From NCBI GenBank assembly GCA_964234715.1, contig OZ174276.1: a stretch of 64,000 bases of DNA; one strand, 5' to 3'. The translations under genes and the position numbers were made by a program. This document shows, in pieces, positions 13,458 through 25,117 of this stretch; within the stretch, counting starts at the first letter, position 1; each line of letters begins with the position of its first letter. This DNA is from Podarcis melisellensis. Taxonomy: Eukaryota. Below the pieces are notes generated by a model. That model worked only from the letters and a program-made list of their open reading frames with translations, made no database searches and had not been told where the DNA came from.

Positions 13458-13507
<50 letters not shown>
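13458..13507. repeat. (CT)n microsatellite
   Basis: Direct inspection. Confidence 0.95.
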
Positions 13508-13511
<4 letters not shown>

Positions 13512-15194
13512 TCACACTGTTAACTTGCACCCATTTTTACATGGATAGACACAGGCTCCCCTCACCCTGCAAGCTTGGCTCCCTCCTTCTGGGGCCCTCA
13601 GCTTTCACTCACTCCCAGCCTCTCACCCATTCATTCATTCATTCATTCACTCATTCATTCTCCATTCATCCTCTCTCCATCCCGCCTCACACACACAGGT
13701 TCCCCCCTGCCCACCAGCCTCCAACCCTTCCAGGTAGGAGGAAGAAAGTAATGTTGGGCACCTTTTTTTGCCATAGAAAACTGTTGCTACTGAAACTCCA
13801 GATCTCAGAGGCTGGATCATTCCCAACCGCCAAGTCACCTCTAGCCTCAAATTCCACAAGGGAGGTTGATGGGGAAAGTGCAGAGCTGCTACTCTGACTG
13901 CCTTCCCTGTGGGCAAGAAGGTTTCCTCATTGCCTTGCCCTCCATTTTGGGTGTAGCAGTTCTGATACACAGATGAGAAATCTCAGGTTAAATGGGGCCC
14001 TCAGGCCTCTTTATCTGCCCCTGGGGTCTCTCTGAAGCCAACAGCCTTTCCCCAAGACATGCCCTGTACAGTAGCCCTGCTTTCCACCCCCTCGGGCTGT
14101 TTTGGCCTATCTGGTTTTGCTCTGCTAATGCCTCCTGTCTGACTGGATGGAGGACAGGCAGGCCCCATCCACTGTCAGCATGTGGCCCCCAGAAGGTTGC
14201 TCAATGAGGAATGTGGCTCCCAGATGGAAAATGATTCTTCACCCCTCTTGTAAAAGCATTATTTACAACAGAGTGTGAGGGCACCACAGGGGTGGAAGCT
14301 GAGGCAGTCTGCACTTGTGGGAGCTGGTCAGAAGGTGAAGGCCTGGGCCCTGCCCTGCCCGTGTCCCGGCCCCTCGCCTTGTCCTCCATTGTGTTCTGGG
14401 CTTGATGAAGCACTGGTGGCAGCAGGGGGCTGCGGTGGTGGGGCTGCATGCAGCTCCCTGCCATGGAAAACAAAGCCAGAGCTTGATTTGAGATGGAATT
14501 TGCCCCTTGTATATTATTCCAGCAGTTCAGAAATAATTTCCACTTACTCACAGATGATGATTCTATATTTAATCTCTCCTCTCTCGGATGAACATAAAAT
14601 GCCAGTTTCTACATCTCTGCAATTTCTCACTGTTTAGTCAGCCAGTCTTTTGGTGGCAGCGAAAGAGACTTCCTTGCCTTAGCCATGATGTTTTTTTTTC
14701 TGCTGTCAAAAGGTTTAATAAACAATTCTTACCCTCTTGGCATGCATCACTCAAATAAGCCAGAGCTTCTTATCTGCACATTTGACAGAAGGTTTTGTTG
14801 TTATATTTCCATTGTGAGTCAGACCCTCCCCCTCCAACGCTCTAACATTTAGCTCTTCCTCCAATGGACGGGGTTCTCTGTCTTCTTTCTAGCCCACGCT
14901 AGACTAGGGGGTTGCAAGACTTTCTCTCATTCCCTCTAGCTGGAATTCTAGGGGCTGCCAGAAGATTCTGGAAAATCTTTTACCTTTGCAGAGCCCAGGT
15001 GAGGGTGAGCTTGAGGTGACAGCTCAGTGGGATCCATGGGGCTCAGCTGTGCGGTAGGATCTTATTTCTAGACAATGAGCTTCTATCTTTCCCTCCAAGG
15101 GAATAACTGTTTGCTGGGGGCCACAGTTATAACTGTGTGCTACTTCCAAAATCACCATCCTCTGGATTCAGTCTCACAAAGCCATCTTTTCTCC

Positions 15195-15270
15195 TTCTCC
15201 TCTTCCTCCTCCTCCTCCTCCTCCTCCTCCTCCTCCTCCTCCTCCTCCTCCTCCTCCTCCTCCTCCTCCT
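15195..15270. repeat. (TCC)n microsatellite
   Basis: Direct inspection. Confidence 0.95.
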
Positions 15271-18200
15271 TCTTTTTCAGCCAGAAGTGTTAGCATATGT
15301 CAGTGGATCTGCTAATTTTGACATCATTCTGCCATTTAGATATGGATTTTTGAAGTCTACATAGAGGTTTGGTTTTGAAAGCAATGGAATGGAATGGAAT
15401 GGGGGAAGTCCATGGTGATGGAGACAAAATGGTGGGAAAGGCAAGGGCTAATGAATCATGTTCATCTGGGCCATGCTGTTCTATCATGCAAAATGGAGAT
15501 GGGGCCCATCTTTGGGGGGCTTTAGTGTGGCCTGGTCACTGATGGTGGACAAATGGGAAGTAGCCATCAGTTTGTCTCAAAGCCCTTTGTTCCAAGCACC
15601 TGAAATGTACCTGGAGTTAGATCTTCAGCAGAAACTAGTTTTTACCTGGCAGTGTGTGAGTGAAGGAAGACCTGGCGGGGTCATCTTGTGTTTTAATACT
15701 GACGTTGCTTTCACTTTGGGACTGGTACTACTTGCACTATGGACATGCTACTGCAGCCCTGTAATACCCATTCAGCCTTTACGGATTAGTAAATAAAAAA
15801 TAATGATTACAACATCACAAGTCTCTAGGGCTCTTTTCTTCAAAAGAAGCTGCCTATGTAAAAGCTGCCCTGAGCATTTTTAGACAAAGAATGCTGAACT
15901 AGATAGACCTCAGTCTGATATAGCAAGCTGGTTAAGAACCTGAGGACAAGTACAAATATTATATTTTTGTGGCGGCTTCCTCTTTATAGCTGTCTTCAGA
16001 TTGTTTATAGGTCTCTTCAGTCTCATCATTATGCTTGGGGTAGATTCCCATTTACATCTAGTTAGTTCCTTCTAGCAACAGTTTAGCTGCCTATTAATTT
16101 TTTTATATCCTACCTTTCCTCCAAAGAGCTTCAAGTTCTATTTGGTTCTCTTCCCCTCCACCGCCTTCCCCTGAGGCTAAGCTGAGCAAGAGCGTCTGGC
16201 CTAAGATCACCCTGCGAGCTTCCTGGCAAATGAGGATGCGAGCCAGGTTCTTCCCAGTCCTAGCCCAACCTTTTAGCCCAGGGGTACTGGAGGAGATATT
16301 GGTATCTCCCCAACCCCTCTCCGGCCAAGTTGGACAGACGGGAAGAATCACCCATCAGTGATGGCAGGTAACCTTTTTTGCCTACAGGGGTCTTCAGAAG
16401 TCCCTATTAAAGCACTCTCTCAAGCGGCACTTTGAAAGAGCTTCAGGACATCTGACAACCAGCTGATTGTTGAGTCTCCAGAAGCTGCTTTTGAAGGGAC
16501 GGGCACTTTGAAACGGACTTCTGAAGAACTGAGAAGTCAATCTAGTCTAGCACATATTTTGGTGTGGCAGCCCCAAGGATCATTAAGGGGGTCCAACAAA
16601 TGCCAGAAGTAATGCCTGCAAGGTATGCAAGAGCTGGAGGTGTCTTGGGGGGCATGGGGGATGTCATATGAAGGCATATAGTGAATGTGTGCGCATTCTG
16701 AAATTTGCAGGTGAAAACAGGACATAAAAGAAATGAAAGCACAATAGTTGTGTCTGTGAAGGATGCACTGGTTTATTTTTCATTTATGGCCCACCTTCCT
16801 TCCATTCCATGATGGAAAACAAGGTGGCATACTTTGGGTTCCCAAGAGGAGTCTCCCTTCCAGGCCCTGATCAAAGCCAGAACTGCTTAGCTGCAGCAAG
16901 GTGCTCACCTCATGTGCTGAGTCTGAGAGGTGCTTGGGGTGGAGCATAAAGGGAGCTCAGGAAGTCGTGAGACAGGCAAGTGAGTCCAGGGATATTTGCA
17001 TTGCACATGTGAAATGTCTGGCAAGGAGAACCTGTAGGAAGCATGTAGGTGGATCGAAAATCTTGGAAGCCTGACAGGAGTGTGAGGGAAATCACTCTAC
17101 TGTCAGGCTTCCAATCCCTTCCGGCACAAGTGGGCATTCTGGCATGAGGGGTGCATGTGGGAAGCCCACAGATGAGGACTGGAAATGTGGGGGGCTTTGT
17201 GGGAGGCAAACAGGTGGGTGTGGAGCATGTGGGGAAGGGGTATATGTGGGGAGCAGGTGGAAAGTGTGCAGGTGGGCGGGGAGCAGGCGGGGAGCAGGCG
17301 GGGAGCAGGCTCGGCGTTAATTCCCCTGCATTCCATTCTGTTTAATTGCTTATTAAATTCTAAGCAGCCAATTATCAGCAGCAATTACAGCTCCGCGCAG
17401 TGACACAATCGCCGCTTTAGCATTTGTTAATCAAATGCTTATTTAGGAGTCCGCTTTATTAGCTGTTGTTGGAAGGAGAGCCCAGTCCCTGAGGCTGGGG
17501 GAAGGGAGCTTCAGGGTTCTCCCCTCCCCACATTCTCTTGCCTTCCATGATGCGCCTTGACTCTTCTCTCCCTTGGGGTTTCAAATGCCTCTTCTCCTGA
17601 GATGCGCCAGATAGGCCGGCCAATCATCCAGAGTGTGTAGAAACCAAAGCAACCTCCGCCATTTGGTGCCTCTCCATGAAGGCATCACTTCAGGACATTG
17701 GGAATGAAGTGTTCATGCACCCATTGCTGGGGACCGTGACTCAGTGGCAGAGCCCAGGTTTTGTACATAGAAGATCCCAGTTTCAATCCAGGTGGAAGAA
17801 TCCGCCATGCAGCAGACTGAAGCAAGCTGATTCTGGAGGCCAAGCAGGGAGCGGGAGGAATAAATGCGGCAGGAATTTAATGTCTGCGTAGCACGACTTT
17901 TAAAAAGTGATGGCTAGGGCATCCTTTGGAATCTGCTTCAGCTAAAGTCTTAGTCCAGCGGTGAAGATCCGGTAGCAGGTGATGGGGAAAGCCATTCCTT
18001 GGAAAGCTGATGCCAGTCAATGAACAAAGAGTCTGACCTGGTATAATCCAGTTTCCTATATTCCTATGATCTGGAGGAACGCACATGTGAAACTCTGCTT
18101 TATACAGCCGGAAGAAAGGGCCTCGGGGATCCTAACAGAAAACAACAACCCCTGCCCCCAGTCTAGCCAATGGCGTTATTGAACATTCACTTTGAGTGCT

Positions 18201-18845
18201 GTAGCTGCATTGCCTTGGGGAAGGGCGCTGCCTCATTTCAGCCACATCCAGGTAGCCATAGCCAATCAGGGACAAGGAGATTGTCCCCAGTCAAGAGGCA
18301 GGAGGATGAGATAGGCAGCTACTGGCAACTAATTGGCTCCCTTTTTGCAATAACGGTACATGTTTTATGCATTTGGGCATGAAAAGAACCATTCCAGATA
18401 TGAACAGAGAGATGGGCGAAATGTGCAAAGAGATCGTCCTGTGATGTAGAAATTGAGTGCATGATTTGATGGTATGTCTGTTCCAGGTCAGCACTGAAAC
18501 ATGTGTGTGTGTGCCCGTGTGATCAGAGTGATTAAATAGACTCTCACATGAACAAAATGTCAATGTAGGGCCTCTTAAGGGCAAGTGAAGGAAGGATGTC
18601 ACTTCTTTTAAACATGCAGGAAATTTCAGTTCAATAAACAAAACTACTGCTATGTATAATTAGAGGGGGAAATGTATTTCTCTTCACTTTTGGCTTGTCT
18701 ACCAAGTAATACTCCCTAAGACAGCAACACCCTACTGTCAACGTGGCTTTGGAGGGGGAATTCAAGTCTCATCCATGCTAAAGACCCAAATTGTAGGAAT
18801 GCATTGGCACTGATATTAGCTGTGCACTACCGTTTTTTGTGATTA

Positions 18846-19087
18846 CAGTGGTACCTTGGTTCTCGAACTTAATCCGTTCTGGGAGTCTGTTCGATTCCTG
18901 AAACTGTTTGAAAACCAAGGCACGGCTTCTGATTGGCTGCAGGAGCTTCCTACACTCAAGCAGAAGCCGCGACAGATGTTCAGTTTCTGAAAAGTGTTCA
19001 CAAACCGAAACACTTACTTCCAAGTTTGCAGTGTTCGGGAGCCAATTTTTTCGACAACTAAACCATTTGAAAACCAAGGTACCACTG
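18846..19087. mobile_element. Tc1/mariner-pogo (Tigger-like) MITE
   Basis: TIR CAGTGGTACCTTGGTT; TA on the left flank. Confidence 0.88.
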
Positions 19088-19104
19088 TCCTATTAGCACT
19101 AGGT

Positions 19105-19338
19105 CAGGGGTGCCCAAACCTTTTTCAAAGAGGGCCAGGATGAAGTGAACATGCATGAGGGCCAACTGAAGTTGTTGAGCTTTTTTTAGATTTAACCCCA
19201 AAGTTGTTGAGCTTCTTTTACAATTTTACCCCAAAGTTGTTGAGTTTTTTTGGATTTTACCCCAAGACATATACTGCCACAGGGGCCAGATTAAATCGAC
19301 CGGCGGGCCAAATTAGGCCCCTGAAATGGACATGCCTG
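19105..19338. mobile_element. hAT MITE with internal ~30-bp triplication
   Basis: TSD CACTAGGT; AAGTTGTTGAG..TT(T/A)ACCCCA x3; related copy at 53572-53711. Confidence 0.88.
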
Positions 19339-21649
19339 CACTAGGTGGAAAGGCATAGCTACTGAGGTTTTACCCTGAAATGCTAGTTTTGGATACAGAC
19401 TGGAAGAATTTATTTATAAAACTTATACCCCACCATAGGAAATCAAGTCAGCTAATGAAATCAAGCAAACAAATATCATATACACCCTCATTCAAAACAG
19501 CAAGAATAATAAACCCCGTGTTAATATAATGAGCCAAAAATAATGACTGTCATTATGTGACCGATGAATAACATAGAATAAAAAAAATATTCTGGGAACA
19601 GCAGTCAAACTGCAAGTAGCAATATCAATTAAATTGCATAGTATTTATGAAGATCCAAGTTTCACCAACTGCTGAAAACATTATTATAGCACCTTGGGGG
19701 CCTTGGCAGAGAGGTAGTAAATAATTGCAAAAAAACAAACAAATAAGAGTGCCAGGGCTTGACTGATCTCAGCTGGCAGGGCGTTCTGCAGGGTGAGTGT
19801 CACTGAAGAAAAAGCCCCATGTGCGGCAGCTAAGCTGTTTGCTTCACAGAGTCAATGAATCTGGAGCACTGTGTCAGGTGATGACCAGAGCATGCAGGGA
19901 GAACCATATGGAAGGAGGTTGGTCCTTCAGAAAAAAAACATATTGAAGGTTCTTTTTAATCAGCTTTGCTGCAGGGAGAAAGGAGTTAGTATGCTGATGT
20001 GGCTGTGTAGTGCATGTGCACTTTGCAGGTTTTCATTCAGAGATGAAGACTGTGAAACTATCCACACCCCAAGAGGGGGTGCAGCAATTGAGCCAACATC
20101 ATTCCTGTTCCACTACTCCCTTTGCACCTCCCTCTCTTCTGCTTGGTGGTGGTTCGGGGAGGGGGAGGCAGAAAGATTCCTGCTTCCATGTCAATAGGAA
20201 AGGAGGCTGCATCTCTCAGCCCCACCAATTAATGTTAATCTTCAATTAAAGCTTTTGTTTATTGATCAATTGATCATATTGATTTAAGCTTGCAGAACTA
20301 GATAGTGTATTAGACTGAGAGGCCTGAGGTGTGTTAGGGTCCCTCTCAGCTGCAGATTCTCTCGTTTGCCTCAGTTCATGATCTGTCCAATGGAAATTTA
20401 AATAATGACTACCTCACAAGGTTCTTGGATGCATAATGACCAAAAAGATTCTTGTTAGTTTTGCTTATTATGGATTTATCCCACCCTTTTCAACCAGGAA
20501 TTCAGGGTGTCATACGCAGGTTCTCACAACAACCCTGTGAGGTACGTTAGGCACAGAGATAACAACTTGTCCAGGTCAGCCAGTGAGCTTAGTGTCTACA
20601 TAGCGATTTGAACCTGGACTTATCTGGTCTAAAGGTCAAAGGAGATGTGATAGCAGAAAGACTTTGATCAGACTTCTAGTGGTTCCATCCCCCCTTTAAG
20701 GGGGACTGATTCTGAAAAGATGACCGTCTCTTGGAATTACTACTCTCCTTATGGGGCAAAACATACAAAAGTAACATATGGTGATCAGGTGTATGTGCAC
20801 AGAATTGGGAATATTATTGCTTTATTATTTTGTTTGCTAGCTGACTAATGCCAAATGGTCTTTAGGTGACTCACAACAATTCTAAAGCTTGCAAAATTTT
20901 AGAACAACAAAGATAAAGCAACATTATAACATTTCACCCACCCCACCCCAAAACCCACAGCTCAGATTTGAAATAATTACAGCACAGGAACTGGCACATC
21001 ACATGCCTGCGAAAAGAGCAGTGTGGGAGCACAATGCACTGAAACTGCTCCTATCCCATGTGGTGTGTGGATGATAGGTAGCAAAGGGTAGGTCCATTCA
21101 GGCTTGGGAACTACCTGCATATTACAAATAATCTCTAGCATAGAGACACTAGGAAGCTTAGGAGGTGGTGTGGTGGTGGTAGTTGTTGATCAGATACATT
21201 CAATGTGCATTTAAAGCACACAAGTCCCCCATGAGAATCCTGGGAACCATAGTTTGCTTGTTTGCAACGTTTGAAAATAATTATTTCATTTTATAATGTA
21301 TATAAAACAAGAGAGAGCAGTTATAACAACAAACGGAAATTAAAAGATGAAGGGCAAACCTATAAAAGAGGCAAGTAGAAGGTGACCAGTTGCACCTGGG
21401 TTAAAATCACGAAGTCCAAGTAAAGACGATCTTGAATCACAGTTTGTTAAGGTTGCTTAGAACGGTAGCTCGGTGAGGAGGGAAACTACCGTCCTTAGGC
21501 TTCTTTGGGGGAAGTCAGGTGCTGTAAATGTGCCCTGGGTGTGCTTTAAATGTACAGCAACGGGTGGGCCGGAAAAATGAGTAAGGGGAGCAGTCAGGTG
21601 CCGAGGAGGACAGGACACTCCAGTGCCCGTCTTCAGTGGTAGTGTACAG

Positions 21650-22450
21650 TACAAGACGGCACTTGGGCGGCTGCAGCTTATCTCATCATTGTAATGCTGC
21701 AGGAGTGAAAATCCCCTCTTGTTGCGCGCGACCCTGAGAGGTGCGGGAGCCTGCGCTGCGCTAAACCGGCCCTTCCTGCTGAGGAGGAAGGGAGCAGCAG
21801 CAGCAACAATGGCTGTTGAAAAGGGATGCAGAAGGGAGCGGCGGGGCAGGCGAGAAGAAGCGCCCGCTGCGAGGAAGGAGGCCTGTCCGAAAGGGGCGCG
21901 CGTGTTGCGACTAGAGAAGCGGCCACGCGAAGTCCCCGCGTGTTTTGCTCAGGCTCGCCGCAGTCCTGCTCCCGCCAAAGGAGCAGCGCGGGGCCTCCCT
22001 TTCGCCGCGGCCGGTTTGCCTCGGCGAGCAGGCCTTCGCCGGCCTCCCTGCGCACGGGCCGCGGGGCCGGAGCTGGCGGCCTCGGGCTTGCCTGCGGTGG
22101 CGCTGCCCTTGCGGAGAGAGGCGCCTGGAGGCCCGGCGAAAGCGCGGCTGGGAGGCGGAGGGGAGGGAGCGGGATCAGCTCAGCGTGGCATGACGAGACG
22201 AGGCCCCCGGAGAAGTGAGCTATGTCCCTTATTGGTCACACTACATTTCTTTTTCATTAGCAGTTAAATGCAGACATGAGGGATCGGCGCAGGTTCACTG
22301 GGCGCGCGCCGTGCGGCATTTCCGGCCGTGATGGATTAGCCCCGGTGGAGGCGGCGGCGGCGGGGACGAGGGCGGGAGGGGGGAAAGCCTGCTGTCAGCA
22401 GCCCCAGCTGTGGACGCCTGTCATGGGGGGAGGTTGGGGGGGGGAACACA
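21650..22450. promoter_or_regulatory. CpG island in UNC5A intron 1; candidate alternative promoter
   Basis: Very GC- and CpG-dense relative to its flanks; no TE termini seen; contains donor GAA|gtgagc at 22214/22215. Confidence 0.75.
21809..22214 (+). CDS. Candidate alternative first coding exon of UNC5A
   Basis: acaATGg Kozak context, 135 open codons plus 1 nt, phase-1 donor matching phase-1 exon 2; second in-frame ATG at 22190. Confidence 0.4.
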
Positions 22451-23511
22451 CCGTGACACACGTCTCAGCAAATAGGAAGGACAGGGAGAAGAACCAGGGC
22501 CTCGCATTAGGGTCCAGGGATGAGGGCACAGTGGCGGATGAGGTGGGGCCGGCTGGGCGGGGAGTAAGTTGGTTGTGTAGGCAAGTGTACCTATTGGCAT
22601 TTCCTCCTTGTGTCTGCTAGTTGCCGGCACATTCTCCCCATGTATGTGTTTGGCTGGCTTTTTTGTTTTGTGAATGAGTCTGGAACCGTCCTCAGCATAC
22701 ACTTGTGCTTCAGAAATTCTGGAATTGTAGCGTCCAGGCACGTGGGCGAAGCAGAAGAAAATGTGGCACTTTAAGCATTTGCATATACATTTTAGATGAT
22801 AGGGCAATTGACATTTTGAAGCGAAAGATTCCAGAATCCTTAAGTGTCAGACAAACTGTGTGCTGACCCCCACACTGAAGTGGATTGTAATCTCTATGTT
22901 AGCATTTATGTATTCTTTTTTTAAAAAAGTGTTATCAGCATCTAGCCCACCCCATTCCCAGGACAGCCAGCAATGTGCTATTTTACTGCAAAATCGCATC
23001 GCTTTAACCTCATTTGTGCTATCCCAGCTCAACACAGGCCAGTGACAAATGGAAAGCAGTGCAAACATTGCGAAGATTTTTACCTAACACATATTGGAGG
23101 ATATGTGGGTTGACTCTAGTGAGACAGAAGGCAGAGGGTTCTAGCTCTCCATATCTGGAGCAATGTGAGTCACATCTAATAGCTGGTTTTATCTGAGCCG
23201 ATCATCTGATTGGGCTTCCTGTTCCTCAGGTGTAGGAAGCTGAATTTAAGGCATAAAGGAGGGAATTTAAACCTGAGCACTGTTCCTATCCATACATCAC
23301 AGGCTGCCCACTTGTCCCAGTAAGAAGCTAAAAGGGTATTTTTAGACTTAAGTTTGAAGAAGGAACCCCAAGTTCATCCAGGAACATTATTAACAAAGCA
23401 ATGAGATGGGATGGGGGTGTGTGATTGTAGGTTAAAGCCAAAGGGCATTGCCAGTATTTTGCTTGGGAAAGTACACACAGGCAAGTATCACAATTGTTAG
23501 TAGCATCAGGC

Positions 23512-24012
23512 CATAGGCGCCGACTCCATGGGGCCTGAGGGGGCCCGAGCCCCCTCAAAAATTCGTTTGGGGGGGCTCCGCCCCCCCATAATTTAAGAAA
23601 ATTATTAGTTATATTATGCTTTGTAAAATCACAAAATTATGTTGGTATTTTTTATTTTCCTTGTTTGATGATAGTTACCTTTTAAAATACATTCAGTAAT
23701 GAGTTAAAACAAAGCCACTCCCGATCTAGAGAGGGGGTGGGGTTGCGGGCTCTCGACCCATCAACAATCTCGCGGGCGAGAAGCGGGGATTCCCCCTAGC
23801 TCATTAATATTCACCGCCCACGGCGGCAGCCAATCGGCTGCCGCAAAGGGCAGGCCCTCACAGGTTCACTTAAGGTCGGGGCAGCCCGGGGCTTGCCCCT
23901 TTCGTTCCCCCAGCAGCAGCGGTTTGGAGGTCTTGGGCCCCCCCAATATTTTTTATAAGTCGGTATGGGCCCCCGCCCCCCCCCCAATATTTTTTATAAG
24001 TCGGCGCCCCTG
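23512..24012. mobile_element. hAT MITE with promoter-like cargo
   Basis: CATAGGCGCCGACT / AGTCGGCGCCCCTG; TSD CATCAGGC. Confidence 0.88.
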
Positions 24013-24895
24013 CATCAGGCATAACCAAGAGTTATTCCATATTGTGAACAGTCAGGAAGTAAAACAAACCTACACACATTCAGTGAGCATCTGCTTCACA
24101 TGCAGAAGGCTGTGGGTTCAGTCGCGGGCATCTCTACCTAGGGGTGGGAGAGTGCAGGCAGTTTTGAACTAGATGACCCAGTGGTCAGACTCCGTATAAG
24201 GCAGCTGCCGACTACCGCACCATCTGTAAGTGTGCATTCCTGTTGAAGGCAGTATCTAGAACTATTGCCTCTGATTATCCCTGTTAATACACAAGCCTGG
24301 GATGATGTATCATGTGGCATTGTAATGCTCTTAACTTACTCCTCTGAAAGTGTTTTCTGACATCTCCCACCAGCCTCCTAAAATCTTAAAAGAGTTACTG
24401 GTAAATGTCAAATGATGGTGAGTTTTTGACACTTGCCGGATCATACTTAATAAAGAGGAAGTACCTCGGGGGGCTTTCTGTTGGCCCTTACCCCCAGTGG
24501 TGTTTGGTTGGATGCGGCAGGACTGAGAACATGGCCATCTGAGTTGGCTGTGGGGACAGCAGCATGGCTGAGAGCTCTTGCTGCAGTTGCTTTCATTAAT
24601 GTTACAGACCAATTAACTGTGTAATTAGCCGAGATCCCCAAAGAGCTGCTGCTGCTCTGATTACAGTGAAGGAGAGTTGAAGCCTTGCCCTTTAACTGAA
24701 GAAGTTTGATCTTAGAGGACTGCGGGGTTTGGTGGCCAGCAGAGCAAAGGCGTTTTGCATGTACTGATTTAACCTTGAGGTTTGGCATGAAATCCACCTA
24801 TGCAAGGCCCACGGTGGAAACCTGACTCTTCATGGCCTCTGTGAATGTTGTGGTTGCTAGTGTGCCAGTTTCTAGCCCCTCTCCTCTCTGCCCAG

Positions 24896-25117
24896 GTGCC
24901 CAGCAGAGTGCCACAGTGCCCATCCCTGTGCCTGGCTCTTCCTCAGACCTGCTCCCTCACTTCCTGCTGGAACCGGAGGATGTTTACATTGTCAAGAACA
25001 AACCGGTGACACTGGCCTGCAAGGCCACGCCTGCCACTCAGATCTACTTCAAGTGCAATGGCGAGTGGGTGCATCAGGGCGACCACATCATACAGCGCAG
25101 CATGAACAAAACCACGG
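24896..25117 (+). CDS. UNC5A: UNC5A exon 2 (Ig1), 222 nt
   Basis: cccag|GTGCCCAG..ACGG|gtgag; [40 protein letters not shown]. Confidence 0.96.

Noticed and set aside
15075-15364. Poly-Ser and poly-Leu ORFs resembling a signal peptide
   Set aside because: Products of the (TCC)n microsatellite.
19166-19265. CRISPR-like repeats
   Set aside because: Tandem repeats without spacers inside a MITE, in vertebrate DNA.
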